The notes: generated by a model not told the origin, from the letters alone. A stretch of 48,669 nt of DNA from Tubiluchus corallicola (GCA_030141605.1 JAQGDQ010001301.1:1-48669); one strand, 5' to 3'. Positions 1 to 14,724 are shown, numbered from the stretch's first letter. Numbers and translations: made by a program.

Positions 1-174
1 TACAAAACAATATTACAAAAGTACATTAAATTTTACATGACATATTTTACACTATATATACATTTGACATGACACAATTAACAGAAACATGCTTTACATT
101 ACATAAATTTCACTCATTACATTTACACTATTTATACATTTGACATTACAAAACTAACATAACACGTATTACAT
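1..174 (-). mobile_element. Fragment of a dispersed repeat, probably a LINE 3' UTR; inverted copy of 41987-42160
   Basis: 1-174 is the near-exact reverse complement of 41987-42160, which runs on into an AATAAA plus (TA)n tail. Confidence 0.8.
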
Positions 175-449
175 TGCATAATTTAAAAAAAAATACAAGG
201 CATCAGTTAAGAAGCCAGCGATTACTATATCAATAAATCATGCCATCTTCTAAATATTCTACTATAAAATCGCATATCAGTTCGGTGGCATAATTACATG
301 GTTTATAATAAAATTTGCTGATCCAATCATTCTTTTTCTTAAACTATAGGCAGAGCGAAGCAATAACAGCCATTCAGCGTCCTACACTTATAGGCAAGTA
401 CGCAACACCCAAATAATGAATAACATGTAGTGTTTACGCCTTGAAGTTT

Positions 450-967
450 CAGGGATGAGAATTTTCCGCGGATACACGGAATTCCGAGTTTTTGGAAGAC
501 CAGTGGTGCCATTTTTGTAAATTGTAAAAATTCGCTGAGAAAATTTTCACGGACCCAGTGCATTATTTCACAAGCTGACCGCTAGTTGGCAGGCCGTCAC
601 GTTGTTTACATCACGTACATCAGTGTAACCACGTGTATATCTCTATGTATAAAAATATAGAATCAATTGTGCGGAGTTATTTGAGTCAATTGCAGACAGT
701 TTTTATATACTTTTGCATAGGAGCAGCCAGTACTTAGGCGTTTTTGAGACAATTAGGTATCATGTATCCTTGATAGTTTTGTATTTTAAATTATGCATGA
801 AGCAAGGTAACTGACATTGAAAGTCAACTTAGAGGCTCTCTATGGTCACAAAATTGCAATTTGTTGCTGGCTTCAATGGGGCTCCCGTGAACCCCGTTGG
901 GGGCCTAGATGGCCCCAAAACCCCCGGCCTGTTTCAGAGTTTTTGCAATTTGTCATTCTCATCCCTG
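450..967. mobile_element. hAT-like MITE, 518 bp
   Basis: TIRs CAGGGATGAGAAT (450-462) and ATTCTCATCCCTG (955-967); direct repeat AAGTTT on both sides (444-449, 968-973); no coding capacity. Confidence 0.8.
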
Positions 968-1045
968 AAGTTTGCAATCGCTAGACTCGAATTCAAGACT
1001 TGCGTGTTTGCAGTGCAAAATCTAGACCACCAAGCCACACATAAC
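968..1045 (-). mobile_element. Degenerate tRNA-derived SINE head, probably continuing on the other side of the MITE
   Basis: Minus strand has A-box-like TGGCTTGGTGG (1037-1027) and B-box-like GAATTCGAGTC (994-984) at tRNA-like spacing. Confidence 0.45.
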
Positions 1046-1359
1046 AGGATAATAATAACTTCTATTTTTATGGCAGCATATTAAAAAAACAGGAATGGAG
1101 TTTGCATAAATACAGACGGTGGCAGGGCCTGCCATCTATCATTCGTTTCGACTACTAAATTGTAGTGACCGTTTTCCTGAAAAATTTAACGCCAGATGTC
1201 GCAAGGTGGTCATTTATCACCAGTAATACGTTCCCACGCTTTTATACCTAATATTATGTGTATATATCACGCGTGTGTTTTAATGGATAGCTACTATTGA
1301 CTATTACTATTGAGCTGCTTGGTTTCTTTTACATTTTAGTAGCATTAAAAATATAAATT

Positions 1360-1800
1360 TCTTGTAGAAAATGGCTGTTACCAAAGAGAATTTTAACTGA
1401 GTTAATGCAAAAAGCTCTAAAACTTCTAAGGAAAGTTTTAAAGATAAGATGGCCATACATAATCGATAACGAAGATTTATACACCAGAAGTTTCAAAAGT
1501 CAAGACTGAAGATTAAGATGGCTAGGACATCTTGTAAAATTACCAAATGAAGCACCTGTAATAATCGCTTTAATCCTAGCCTTAAAACCTTGCAAAAAAC
1601 CACCTGACAAACCAAAAACAACTTTGGATAGCTAAGATAAATAAAGATGTTCAACAACTTTAACCAAATCTATCTTTAGAAGTGGGAGAACTTACTCTGT
1701 TACCTGCAGGGAAAATTGGGTGGAATACTCTAGTAAATGTTAATGCCCCAGCGTCTATGAGAGTGAGATGGAGTAAGACTGAAGAAAAAGAAGAAGAAAA
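1360..1800 (+). mobile_element. 5'-truncated RTE-clade LINE 3' end, frameshifted
   Basis: Translates piecewise to LRKVLKIRWPYIIDNEDLYTR...RLRWLGHLVKLPNEAPV...KKPPDKPKTT, typical of the RTE ORF C-terminus; ends in a (GAA)n-like tail. Confidence 0.8.
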
Positions 1801-2149
1801 TAAAAGACGTACCTACACACTCTTTCCCATGAAAGCGTTCTAATGTCCACGTTGTCTAAAATGTAGTGAAACTTCTTCCGATTTTCCTCGGAGATAAAGA
1901 GAAAAAAGTGAGTGGGAAAAGAAGAGGGAGAGAAAGAGATCAGAGAGAAAGAAAGAGAGGGATAGAGATAAAGTCAAGGAGAAAGACGAAGAGAAGGAGA
2001 AAGAGAGAGAGAGAGAGAGAGAAAAGCGAGTAGGAAAAAAAGAGAAAGAGGGAAGGGGAGAAAGAGAGAAATAAATAAATAAATCTTTTATATTACATTA
2101 TGTTTACACAACGTAAACCCCTCTAATTGCAGAAAAATTGACAGGGTAA

Positions 2150-2302
2150 AAAGAAACAGAGAGAGAGAGAGAAAAAATGAAAAAGAGAGAGACAGACAGA
2201 CAAAGAGAGAAAAAGAGTGAGTGAGTGAGAGAGAGAGAGAGAGACAGAGAGAGAGAGAGAAACAGAGAGAGTCAGAGACAGAAAGAGAGAGAAGGAGAGA
2301 GG

Positions 2303-2337
<35 letters not shown>

Positions 2338-2381
2338 GAAAAAGAGAGAGACAGACAGACAAAGAGAGAAAAAGAGTGAGT

Positions 2382-2417
<36 letters not shown>

Positions 2418-2451
2418 GAGAGAGTGAGAGACAGAGAGAGAGAGAAGGAGA

Positions 2452-2512
<61 letters not shown>
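2150..2512. repeat. Complex (GA)n microsatellite with an internal block duplication of about 180 bp
   Basis: The interrupting block AAATGAAAAAGAGAGAGACAGACAGACAAAGAGAGAAAAAGAGTGAGTGAGTGAG occurs twice. Confidence 0.9.
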
Positions 2513-2516
<4 letters not shown>

Positions 2517-3174
2517 GGGATTCTCCAATATACTTTTATATTATTACTGATACTTTGATGATGTCTGGGATTTTGCACAGATGAATATTAATAAAAACCA
2601 AAGATTATTCCAGATTTTGTACAAATCTCACAGTTTCTTTCCATAATAGCATTCAAATCTTCCACTGACTGATACATTAAACTCGGAAATCCCTGGGATT
2701 TTTCCTGCACTTCCCGCCGTCCAATTGACGCAGCGTTCATTGATGGGAAGTGAATAAAATGGAAGAGGCGGATAGACGAATGAAAGTGAGGGGATAAGAG
2801 AATAAAAGAGGTGGATAACGAAATCTTTTATCTCGTTTTTCAAATTTGGAAGCAGCGGATCGTCAACGCTATGAGGATTTCCAAGCAATCCCCTGGCGGA
2901 TGAAGTAGGTATTAGGGGTTTATGTTCTTGAAAGAGCATAATATTGAGGGATTTAGAGTCACTTGAAAATAATTTCGTAAAATCTCATCAACAAGTAAAC
3001 AGAGTATTTGACTTAACAATAGTTTCGAAATTTTTAGCCCTTAAAATGGCCAATTTTTAGTGAGCCTGCCCCCTAGTGGTGGTGGATGTGATAGTATTTT
3101 AATAGAGAAACTGTACTTTTTGTGGTGAAAAATCAATAAATAAATAGATAACTGATCAATATGCATTGTTTGTT

Positions 3175-3712
3175 CAATTAATCAATTTATTTCACTCCAA
3201 GCAATACATATACAATACATCAACATACAATATTATTGAAACAAAAACAAATAGTATAGGTAAACAAACGTTGATGAAGTCAAATTAACCAAATAAAAGA
3301 GTTGCTGTATGACACCTTGAAAGCTTGGCTTGTTAAGGTGGCAGAAATGAGTGAATGAAAGAATGGTTAGGGTTACTAGACATGATGGAATGGAAAAAAT
3401 AGTAAGATTAGGGATAGGAAGAAGGAAGAGAGGAGAGGATGAGTGAATGAAAGAATGGTTAGGGTTAGTAGACATGATGGCATGGAAAAAATAGTAAGAT
3501 TAGGGATAGGAAGAAGGAAGGGAGGTGAGGATGAGTGAATGAAAGAATGGTTAGGGTTAGTAGACATGATGGCATGGAAAAAATAGTAAGATTAGGGATA
3601 GGAAGAAGGAAGGGAGGGGAGGATGAGTGAATGAAAGAATGGTTAGGGTTAGTAGACATGATGGCATGGAAAAAATAGTAAGATTAGGGATAGGAAGAAG
3701 GAAAAGAGGAGA
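3175..3712 (-). mobile_element. Retroposon copy 1: about 4 x 92-bp tandem units plus a LINE-like 3' tail
   Basis: 92-bp units start at 3349, 3441, 3533 and 3625; the minus-strand end reads GTGAAATAAATTGATT; reverse complement of 17666-18205. Confidence 0.85.
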
Positions 3713-3949
3713 AGAAATGACCAGTTATTAGTGGACTATTAGTCCAGTAACACAAACTGGACAATTTAATACATATCTCTACAGCAATCATGTAGCTAAT
3801 ATGGCAGCAACTAAATGATGACTATGACGACAACTGAGAGAGCAGCTATTGTAATTGACTTGGCGAATTCGTTCAAATATAAATAATTTTCCTCGCGACA
3901 TTATCAGTACAAGGTCATTGCCGTGACTGCTATTGCTAATGCTGCCTCT

Positions 3950-4412
3950 CCTATTGTTGTTAGTGTTGTTATTGTTATTGGTGCGGCTATTGTTGTTGGT
4001 GTTGCTATTGTTGTTGGTGTTGCTATTGCTATTGGTGTGGCTATTGTTGTTGGTGTTGCTATTGTTGTTGGTGTTGTTATTGTTATTGGTGCGGCTATTG
4101 TTGTTGGTGTTGTTATTGTTATTGGTGTGGCTATTATTGTTGGTGTTGCTATTGTTATTGATGTTACTATTGTTGTTGGTTTGGCTATTGTTGTTGGTGT
4201 TGCTATTGTTAGTGGTGTTGCTATTGTTGTTGGTGTTGCTATTGTTAGTGGTGTGGCTATTGTTGTTGGTGTTGCTATTGCTGTTGATGTGGTTATTGTT
4301 GTTGGTGTTGCTATTGTTATTGGTGTGGTTATTGTTGTTGATGTTGCTATTGTTAGTGGTGTTGCTATTGTTATTGGTGTGGCTATTGTTGTTGATGTTG
4401 CTATTGTTACTG
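3950..4412. repeat. Degenerate 18-bp (CTATTGTTGTTGGTGTTG) / (GTT)n minisatellite
   Basis: Direct periodicity; explains the poly-Asn, poly-Leu and poly-Val ORFs. Confidence 0.9.
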
Positions 4413-5025
4413 GTCCTGTTTTTATATAAATGCATCAACAATATTAACACGCCCTTCATCAAAAATAAGCTTCCACTCCTCTTGGAGCCAACATTAAATC
4501 CAAGAACACACAATATTAAACAAATACGCACTAATAACAAATACAGCAACAATTCTATCATTAAACAAGGAGTTCAACTTTGGAATACCCTACCATCAAA
4601 TTTAAAACAAATCAAGTCTTTCTACGAATTCAAATCAAAATTAAAAATACATATATTAAATCGTTTTGAAAACCCTACATACGTAAACGATAATATACAT
4701 TCATCCGCAAATTTTATTTACCCACGTCCATTTTAAATTGTATATATATTGTATACAGTCTATTATAATTTGCGTGTAACATTATAATGTATATTTTGTT
4801 TTAAATTTTCGGCACAGTAGTGTTTAGTTTGCACTGGACGCATTTGCCTTTAACAGTTGTGTGAATTTTATTCTCGTGATGCGATGTTCTTTTATGTTTT
4901 TATAGTTATGAATATCGATTTTTTATGGCAAATAAAGATTATTATATATTATATTTATATATATTATATATAAATATTATATATATTATATTATATATAT
5001 TATATATTATATATATATATATATC
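4413..5025 (+). mobile_element. 5'-truncated CR1/L2-group LINE 3' end
   Basis: FLYK...RTNNKYSNNSIIKQGVQLWNTLPSNLKQIKSFYEFKSKLKIHIL matches the ORF2 C-terminal motif; stop at 4736; AATAAA near 4931, then a TA-rich tail. Confidence 0.85.
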
Positions 5026-5419
5026 ATACATTCTCAACTAAAATGTATTTGTTGCATAGTGGAAAAAGTTTGATTAGTAATATTACTGTACGTCGATCCA
5101 CTTAAAATAAACAAAGTTTGAATTAAAATTGTTCTTCATTCTCTACATTTTCGGGACGCGTGGTACAGGCTAATTATATACAAAATTTCACAGTAAATCA
5201 ACAAAACAAAGAATCAAGCACACAGTCGCAGCTGCTGCACAGCCATGTTTAATCCTCTAAGATTTGTTTCCACCGTTTGCGAAATCCACGTGGTGAGTCC
5301 AGCCCGCGTAATAAAGCGCCTTCTATGGGCAAAAAATGAAAATAAAGAAGTAATTTAACGCTGCCCAGAGTACGTAACTTTTGCCTTTGTCAAGATTTTC
5401 GCGATTTCGTGCCACGGAA

Positions 5420-5600
5420 ATGTTCTGTTGTGAGAGTTTGGAAGTTTGGTTTAAAACCATCGATGTCTGGAGTTGCCGCTGCTTTTAAATCCCTCTGTCT
5501 AAAGCCTACCATTCGCTGATATGTATCGTGTATAATGTAGGATTAGCTGTGGTAATACACATCGCTGCAAAACTATGAATAACATTATGGATGGCAATTC
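5420..5600 (-). mobile_element. Highly decayed CR1-like ORF2 C-terminal remnant
   Basis: Minus-strand fragments resemble TIxEWNxL...FK, with stops and frameshifts. Confidence 0.35.
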
Positions 5601-5699
5601 TGCTGTGCAGTGTTGCCAGTTCTGTTCTTCTCAGCCATCCCTTCAGACACACTAGCTCAGATGGATCCATTCGTTCTACATTTATTTGTTCGTTTGGTT

Positions 5700-6345
5700 A
5701 AATCTTTATTCGTTCATTCAATCATTCGTTCGCGCATCGATTCATTCATTCGTTCATTCATTCATTCAATCATTTACTCGTTCGGACGTTAGTAGTTCGT
5801 TTGTTTATTCATTCACTCATCCATTCATTCATTCACTCGTTCTTTCACTAGTTCGGTTTTCTATTCATTAATTTATTCGTTCATTTACTAGTACGTTCGT
5901 CGCTCGTTTGTTCATTCATTCGCTCACTCATTCGTTCGTTCGTTTGTCCATTCATTCATTCTTTCTTTCTTTCTTTGATCCACTCTATTTATTCTTTTCT
6001 TTGTTACTTCATTTTTCATTCATTTCTTTCTTTGTCTGCTTTTTTCTTCCTTCATAAACGTTTGTCTTCTCAGTTCGTTTTTTGAAATTTCTTTCCAATT
6101 TTTCTTTCTTTTTTCTATTGTTTACTCAATTTTATTTTCTGTTGTTCTTTCGTTCGTTATTCTTTTCTCTGTTACTTCTTTCTTCATTCATTCTTTCTTC
6201 CTTGTTTCTTGTGTTTTTTCCGTCACTTGTTTCTCCTTTTTTTAATTCTTTTCCTCGGCTTTTGATTTTCGCCTGTGTTTTTGCTTGATATTTAGTTAGC
6301 TGTTCCTTTATTTTTCTTCTTTCTTCTCTTCTTATCTTTTCTCTG
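5700..6345. repeat. (TTCA/TTCG)n decaying into T/C-rich low-complexity sequence
   Basis: Direct reading. Confidence 0.85.
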
Positions 6346-6602
6346 TCTCGTCGCTATTCTCGGCCCGCGTAAGCTAATAACAACGTTGGCTTCCGTCCCT
6401 TCAAACACATCTTGAGCTTCATCTTGGCTTCAGTCAGGTAATTGCCTCGCTAAGGAAAGAGTTAACGACTTAGAGACGCTGAAACAAAGCGGCGGTAATG
6501 AAGATTTCCGGGGGGAATTTGCTCTCTACTTGTCGCCATGGTTGTGACGTTCTTAACGAAGATTTTATGAATTTTAACAGAATGCGAGTACCGCAAAATC
6601 AT

Positions 6603-6766
6603 ATGATGTAATCATTATGATGATGATGATGGCAATGATGATGATGATGATGATGATGATGATGCTGTGGTGGTGGTGGCGATGATGGTGATGATGATGG
6701 TGATGATGATGATGCGGTGGTGGTGGTGGTTGGTGGTGGTGGCGATGATGATGATGATGATGGCGG

Positions 6767-6822
<56 letters not shown>

Positions 6823-6896
6823 TGGTGTTGGTGGTGGTAGTGGTGTTGGTGGTGGTGGTGGTGGTGATGATGGTGATGATGGTGATGATGATGATG

Positions 6897-6928
<32 letters not shown>

Positions 6929-6937
6929 TGATGGTGG

Positions 6938-6970
<33 letters not shown>

Positions 6971-7042
6971 CGATGATAATGATGATGTGGTGGTGGTGGT
7001 GGTGATGATGATGATGATGATGATGATGACTATGATCATGAT
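6603..7042. repeat. Compound (GAT)n/(GGT)n microsatellite
   Basis: Direct reading. Confidence 0.95.
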
Positions 7043-7126
7043 GAGAGGCAATAATTGACATGCAGGCGTATTCTGCGTAGAAACTAACTTAGTTAGATGC
7101 AAGACTAGAGAAAATCGAAGTACAGT

Positions 7127-7290
7127 GCCCAACTATTGATGACATCACAAACTAACATAATCTTAAATAGCAGAAATATTCCATGAGCGTGTTGCACGTG
7201 TTTGCGAAAGCGAAAATTGAAGTACAGTGCTACTGTAAGATATTCAGTGTGTTGTACTAAAACTAGGCAAGTTTTAAGATAAAATTCTAA
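7127..7290 (+). mobile_element. Internal fragment of the TTAA-AGG element family (see 15424)
   Basis: Close match to about 15546-15705, e.g. GAAGTACAGTGCTACTGTAAGATATTCAGTGTGTTGTACTAAAACTAGGCAAG. Confidence 0.85.
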
Positions 7291-7981
7291 TCTCAAATGT
7301 CTTTTGAACAGTTGCAAATTGAAGTTTGAATGAACGTGGTGTTGTTTCAACAATAAAAAAAATGTAATATTTTTTATCGCCAGAGGGCGTCAATCAAAAA
7401 ATGTGTCTGACAACTCATATTCACCCAAAATAAGGTGCCATATACAAAGAAGTACGTCTCCTTTCTTCGTTACAAGCTATTGGACAATGATTAAGGTCAG
7501 ATGACCTCATCCTACACATTTCTCTTACTGTCCTAAGTCATTGGCTGTCAGTAATGGTGGCGTAAACTCTTCCTAATGCAATAACTCGCAGACTGCAGCA
7601 CCTTTTCCTAGACCAGAACATGTCAAATGATGCAATTTAGTAGATAATAACCGACGGTGGTTTGTGGAAGCGACGCTTAGGGACGAGTTCTAAACGATCT
7701 TCACAGATTATCTGACGTTTCACAAATTAGAAAACAGCAAGGAAATACTGAAGAAATGGCGCTAGTCTTTCCCTGAATTTCATGATGCATTTTAATTATG
7801 GTATGAATAATCACTTTCTTGCTAGTTTTGTAAAAATACTTCGAAATTTATTGATCGTTAAAGGGAAACATAACCAAATTTTAAATTATACCTACAGTAA
7901 TCTAATGTATAAAATATTCAAAGAGAACACCATTGTTTTTTAAACGTTAGCACAACAGAAATTTGAAATTTTATTACCTCA

Positions 7982-8360
7982 GCCACTGCCACCACAACCA
8001 CTGCCACCACCACCACCACTGCCACCACAACCACTGCCACCACCACCACCATTGCCACCACCACTACCACTCCACCGCCACCACTACCACCATCACCACC
8101 ACTACCACCACCACAACCTCTGCCACCACCACCACTACCATCACCACCACCACCATTGTCACCACCACCACTACCATCACCACCATTGTCACCACCACCA
8201 CTACCATCACCACCATTGCCACCACCACCTCTACCACCACCATTGCCACCACAACCACTGCTACCACCACCATTGCCACCACCACCACTACCACCATCAC
8301 CACCACTGCCACCACCACCACTACCACCATCACCACCACTGCCACCATCACCACCACCAC
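7982..8360. repeat. Degenerate (ACC)n microsatellite
   Basis: Direct reading. Confidence 0.95.
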
Positions 8361-8364
8361 AGTA

Positions 8365-8720
8365 TTACTAATATTTAATTGTGTTTCTTACTTAGACAGA
8401 CTGTCGGAACAAAATTGCAGTCACTCGAATTAAAACTTCTTGTCTGCGATCTTAAGATGATATACAAAAGTTGTCATAAAATAGTGGGTTTAAGTTTTGA
8501 TGATTTTTTCCAGCATGCTTCAACCAATCACATGGTCACAACTTTAAACTGTTTACGACTTTTTCGAGATTAAACTTATCAAAATTTCCATTTGGTAACA
8601 CAGTTGTAAACATTTGGAATGCTCTAGATTCTCATGTACTGCTCGCTATCAGTTTGTCAGTTTTCACTAAAAGATTAGCTAATCTTAATTTACTGTCTTA
8701 TTGCAATTTAATCCGGAACA
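8365..8720 (+). mobile_element. Decayed CR1 LINE ORF2 C-terminus
   Basis: Piecewise translation SYLDRL..KLQSLEL..CDLKMIYK..FDDFF..GHNFKL..VVNIWNAL, the classical CR1 C-terminal signature. Confidence 0.8.
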
Positions 8721-8917
8721 CGTGATATTGTCATTGGCGTAATTGGTTCTTTCCAAACCGTACTCTTGTATAAAACGTTTTGTATATAATTCGTGATGTA
8801 TATAACATATAATTCATATTTAATTGCATTTTATTCATAGTTTTTTAATGAGAGATACTCAATTTCAGGGTATCGTATTTATTAATTTATTTTTATCTTT
8901 TGTATCTTTATATCGCA

Positions 8918-9278
<361 letters not shown>

Positions 9279-9669
9279 CATATAGGATCAGCGTAAGTGC
9301 GCATGCGCCTGCTGATTCTTTCTTTAATACAATTTTAATGCATGTATAAATGTAAATAAATGAAAGGGAACTGAGAAACGTCGTCATCAACTCACAAATG
9401 CTGTGAAATGCCACCTGATGACCCATCGAAAAAAATAAATTTGATGCCAAATAGCTTTAAAGAGAGGGAGAGTCTGGCCTGATGGTGCACTGTTAAAACT
9501 AATTTATGTCTAATTTATGGCAGTGAAAAGGTTGCATTACGCTTAAACCTTAGTGGGTATTGATTGATTTGCTCTTACCTGTGATTTTGCATTAATTGTG
9601 CTGTGAAAATAATCCAGTCAAACATAGTCATTAGAGAAACATAACGAACGATTTGTATAAATTGTAGCC

Positions 9670-9960
9670 ACACTAATAATACACTTTATTAACAAATTTA
9701 ACTGTTACACTTTACATTACGTTACAAGTTATAGCAAAAATAATCACATAATTCATAGCACTTTAAATAATCACACATATAGGCCTATATACGAAAAAGG
9801 GGACCACCTTTTATGGTACCTGCTGATAGGGGGTCCCCAGTCAGCGGTGACTCTTCCTTTTTATAGGCAAGGTTAACTAAACGCATGATTACACATGCAT
9901 GAACGAAGCATACGATCTAAACAATATTGTAAGGCCACTAAAGAAGCCAGGCTTGGTTTA
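9670..9960 (-). mobile_element. Probable LINE/SINE 3' UTR containing a long stem-loop
   Basis: Hairpin at 9783-9868; minus-strand AATAAA near 9685-9690 followed by TATTATTA. Confidence 0.4.
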
Positions 9961-10419
9961 AAGCAGATTTTCCGACATGACCCATTGATCGAAGAAATAT
10001 CACCTTGCCAGAGTTTTGATAGCGATAAAATGTCGGGAAGATTCCAGTGACGTTGATGACTGCAATGACAGTAAACTCCCAGGTTATCCGGAATGTTAAT
10101 CTTAGAGGGACATTTTCATGGTAATGATAATGACGTCATCCATTTGCTTTAATCTCGTATAGGAGCATTGATAGATTGGCAAACCCGCCACTTCTCCAGC
10201 GAAGCAATTAGATGAGGAGGCTGAGGACAATGTCAATCTCTGGCGATGAGATGGTTTTGATGGTTTAACACTAGATGATTTAATATTGTTTAAGTGCAGC
10301 GATGTTTACTGACTGAGATGTTTACTGACTGAGATTTCTGAAATACTGACACTGTCAATTCTCAAACGTATGGTAGCACCGTAACAATTGTTGAAACGTC
10401 TTAAAAAGGTACTACACAA

Positions 10420-10620
10420 TTAAAGGAAGCCACGAAGATTTTTTTTATATACTACGCCATTTTCAAATCCGATAAAAAGTATACATTTTAACACAATTAA
10501 TAGTGCAAAAGAGTCTTGATAATTAAATATTATATTAAAAACTTAATTAACGGCAGGCGAGCCCAACTATTGATGACATCACAAACTAACACAATTTTCA
10601 ACAGCAAAAATATTCCGCGA
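10420..10620 (+). mobile_element. 5' fragment of the TTAA-AGG element family
   Basis: Starts TTAAAGGA; 10449-10620 closely matches about 15433-15600. Confidence 0.85.
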
Positions 10621-11279
10621 ACTGTTGAACAAAGTTTGTTTCACATCCGTAACACACCAGGGCAGTATGACGCATGCACAAAAACACCCACAGGCAGTTT
10701 TCAATGCATACAACCACCAATTTGCTAGACAGATTCAGCAATGCTTACCTTCTGTTTGTATTCGTCCCGGAAATGCAAGCCATATTACTTTTTTGCTTAC
10801 ATAAATGAAGCCATATCGGAAGTGGTGTTAATCAAAAGAGGAGTTTCACAATTTCTCACTTGCTGTCAATTACTTGACCTGGTACCGCATCAGCGGGAGG
10901 CTTAATAATTAAACATTGATTAAGTTAATCACCTCAGCCTCCCCATTCGTCTCTATTAGCTGTTGACACCTGTAGCATCGCTTTGTATTAGTTTCTTCTT
11001 CTTGCCGATCGTTAATCACGCGACAATTGAGTGATGTCACCTCTTCCCGTGGTGGGTCGCCCCCGGGGGAGGACTGTTATTATCAGCAGTTAGCCAGGGT
11101 CGTCGTTAATAAATCATGAGGCAATTATATGATCAGTTGACGAAGTGTTTTTATTGTTGTAATTGTAGCTCAGCTTCCAATACATTCTACGTATGTGTAT
11201 AAATAGTAGAGTGTACTGCAATAAATTGTTATTAAATTTCAAAAATAACATTTGTTGTCAAGAGGTAAACACGTCTTAA

Positions 11280-11737
11280 CCCTTTCAATCCCAAATTATT
11301 TTTTAATAAGAAGAAATTTTTGGCTTGGTACTTTTGTTCAGTATGTCCATCTTGTTTACACATAATAATTATTTTTTTTCTACCTGTGCCCGCGTGCTAA
11401 ATATAGCCTGTATCCCACGGGATACATTGGGATTCAATGGAAGCATCAAATGTGCTTCATTTTCCAACTGCCGATAATTTTTTAAAGTATTTAAGACATT
11501 TAGTATGCATGCTATGCTGATCTGTACAAAGTCATCTCTAAAGTACTGTACCTTGCGCAGTTTTTTATGCAATGTAGATTTTCTAGTTTGCCATTTTATC
11601 ACCATTTTAGTCTATTGTTATTGGCTTAAATCAAAATAACTATTAACAGATCAAATGACTGTCAGTTTTAAAATTTTATTAATTTTAAAGGTAGAAAATA
11701 TTCTCGTATCCCACGGGATACAACGGACATGAAAGGG
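11280..11737 (+). mobile_element. piggyBac-type MITE copy 1 (458 bp)
   Basis: TTAA TSDs (11276-11279, 11738-11741); TIR CCCTTTCA...TGAAAGGG; two internal GTATCCCACGGGATAC palindromes; near-identical to 34395-34855. Confidence 0.92.
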
Positions 11738-11741
11738 TTAA

Positions 11742-14450
<2,709 letters not shown>

Positions 14451-14724
14451 GGTTAAAAAATTAACCAATTCTAGCGCTGTGTCGGATGGGCTGAAAAGTT
14501 GTTGATTACAATTTTCCAAAGCAAATTCTTCGACTTACTTGTTTTAAATAAATTTTCATTGAACAGTGAGCACAAAATCCCAAAAAATTTAACCCCCTAC
14601 AAACTTCCCTTGTAACGTTGTGCAAAGTTATATTAATTAGCATCGCGTTTACCTGTTGTGTAAGTAGAAAAGAAATTTTTAATAATTTAAAGTTTTCATA
14701 TTGCCTGCTAAAATGGCTCTTCGT

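Noticed and set aside
3788-4736. Long ORFs of 257, 168 and 267 aa as genes
   Set aside because: They are open only because of the 18-bp repeat; the sole real coding signal is the LINE C-terminus.
9415-9432. Hammerhead ribozyme core (CTGATGA...GAAA)
   Set aside because: No stem II pairing or flanking stems; the other CTGANGA hits I checked also failed.
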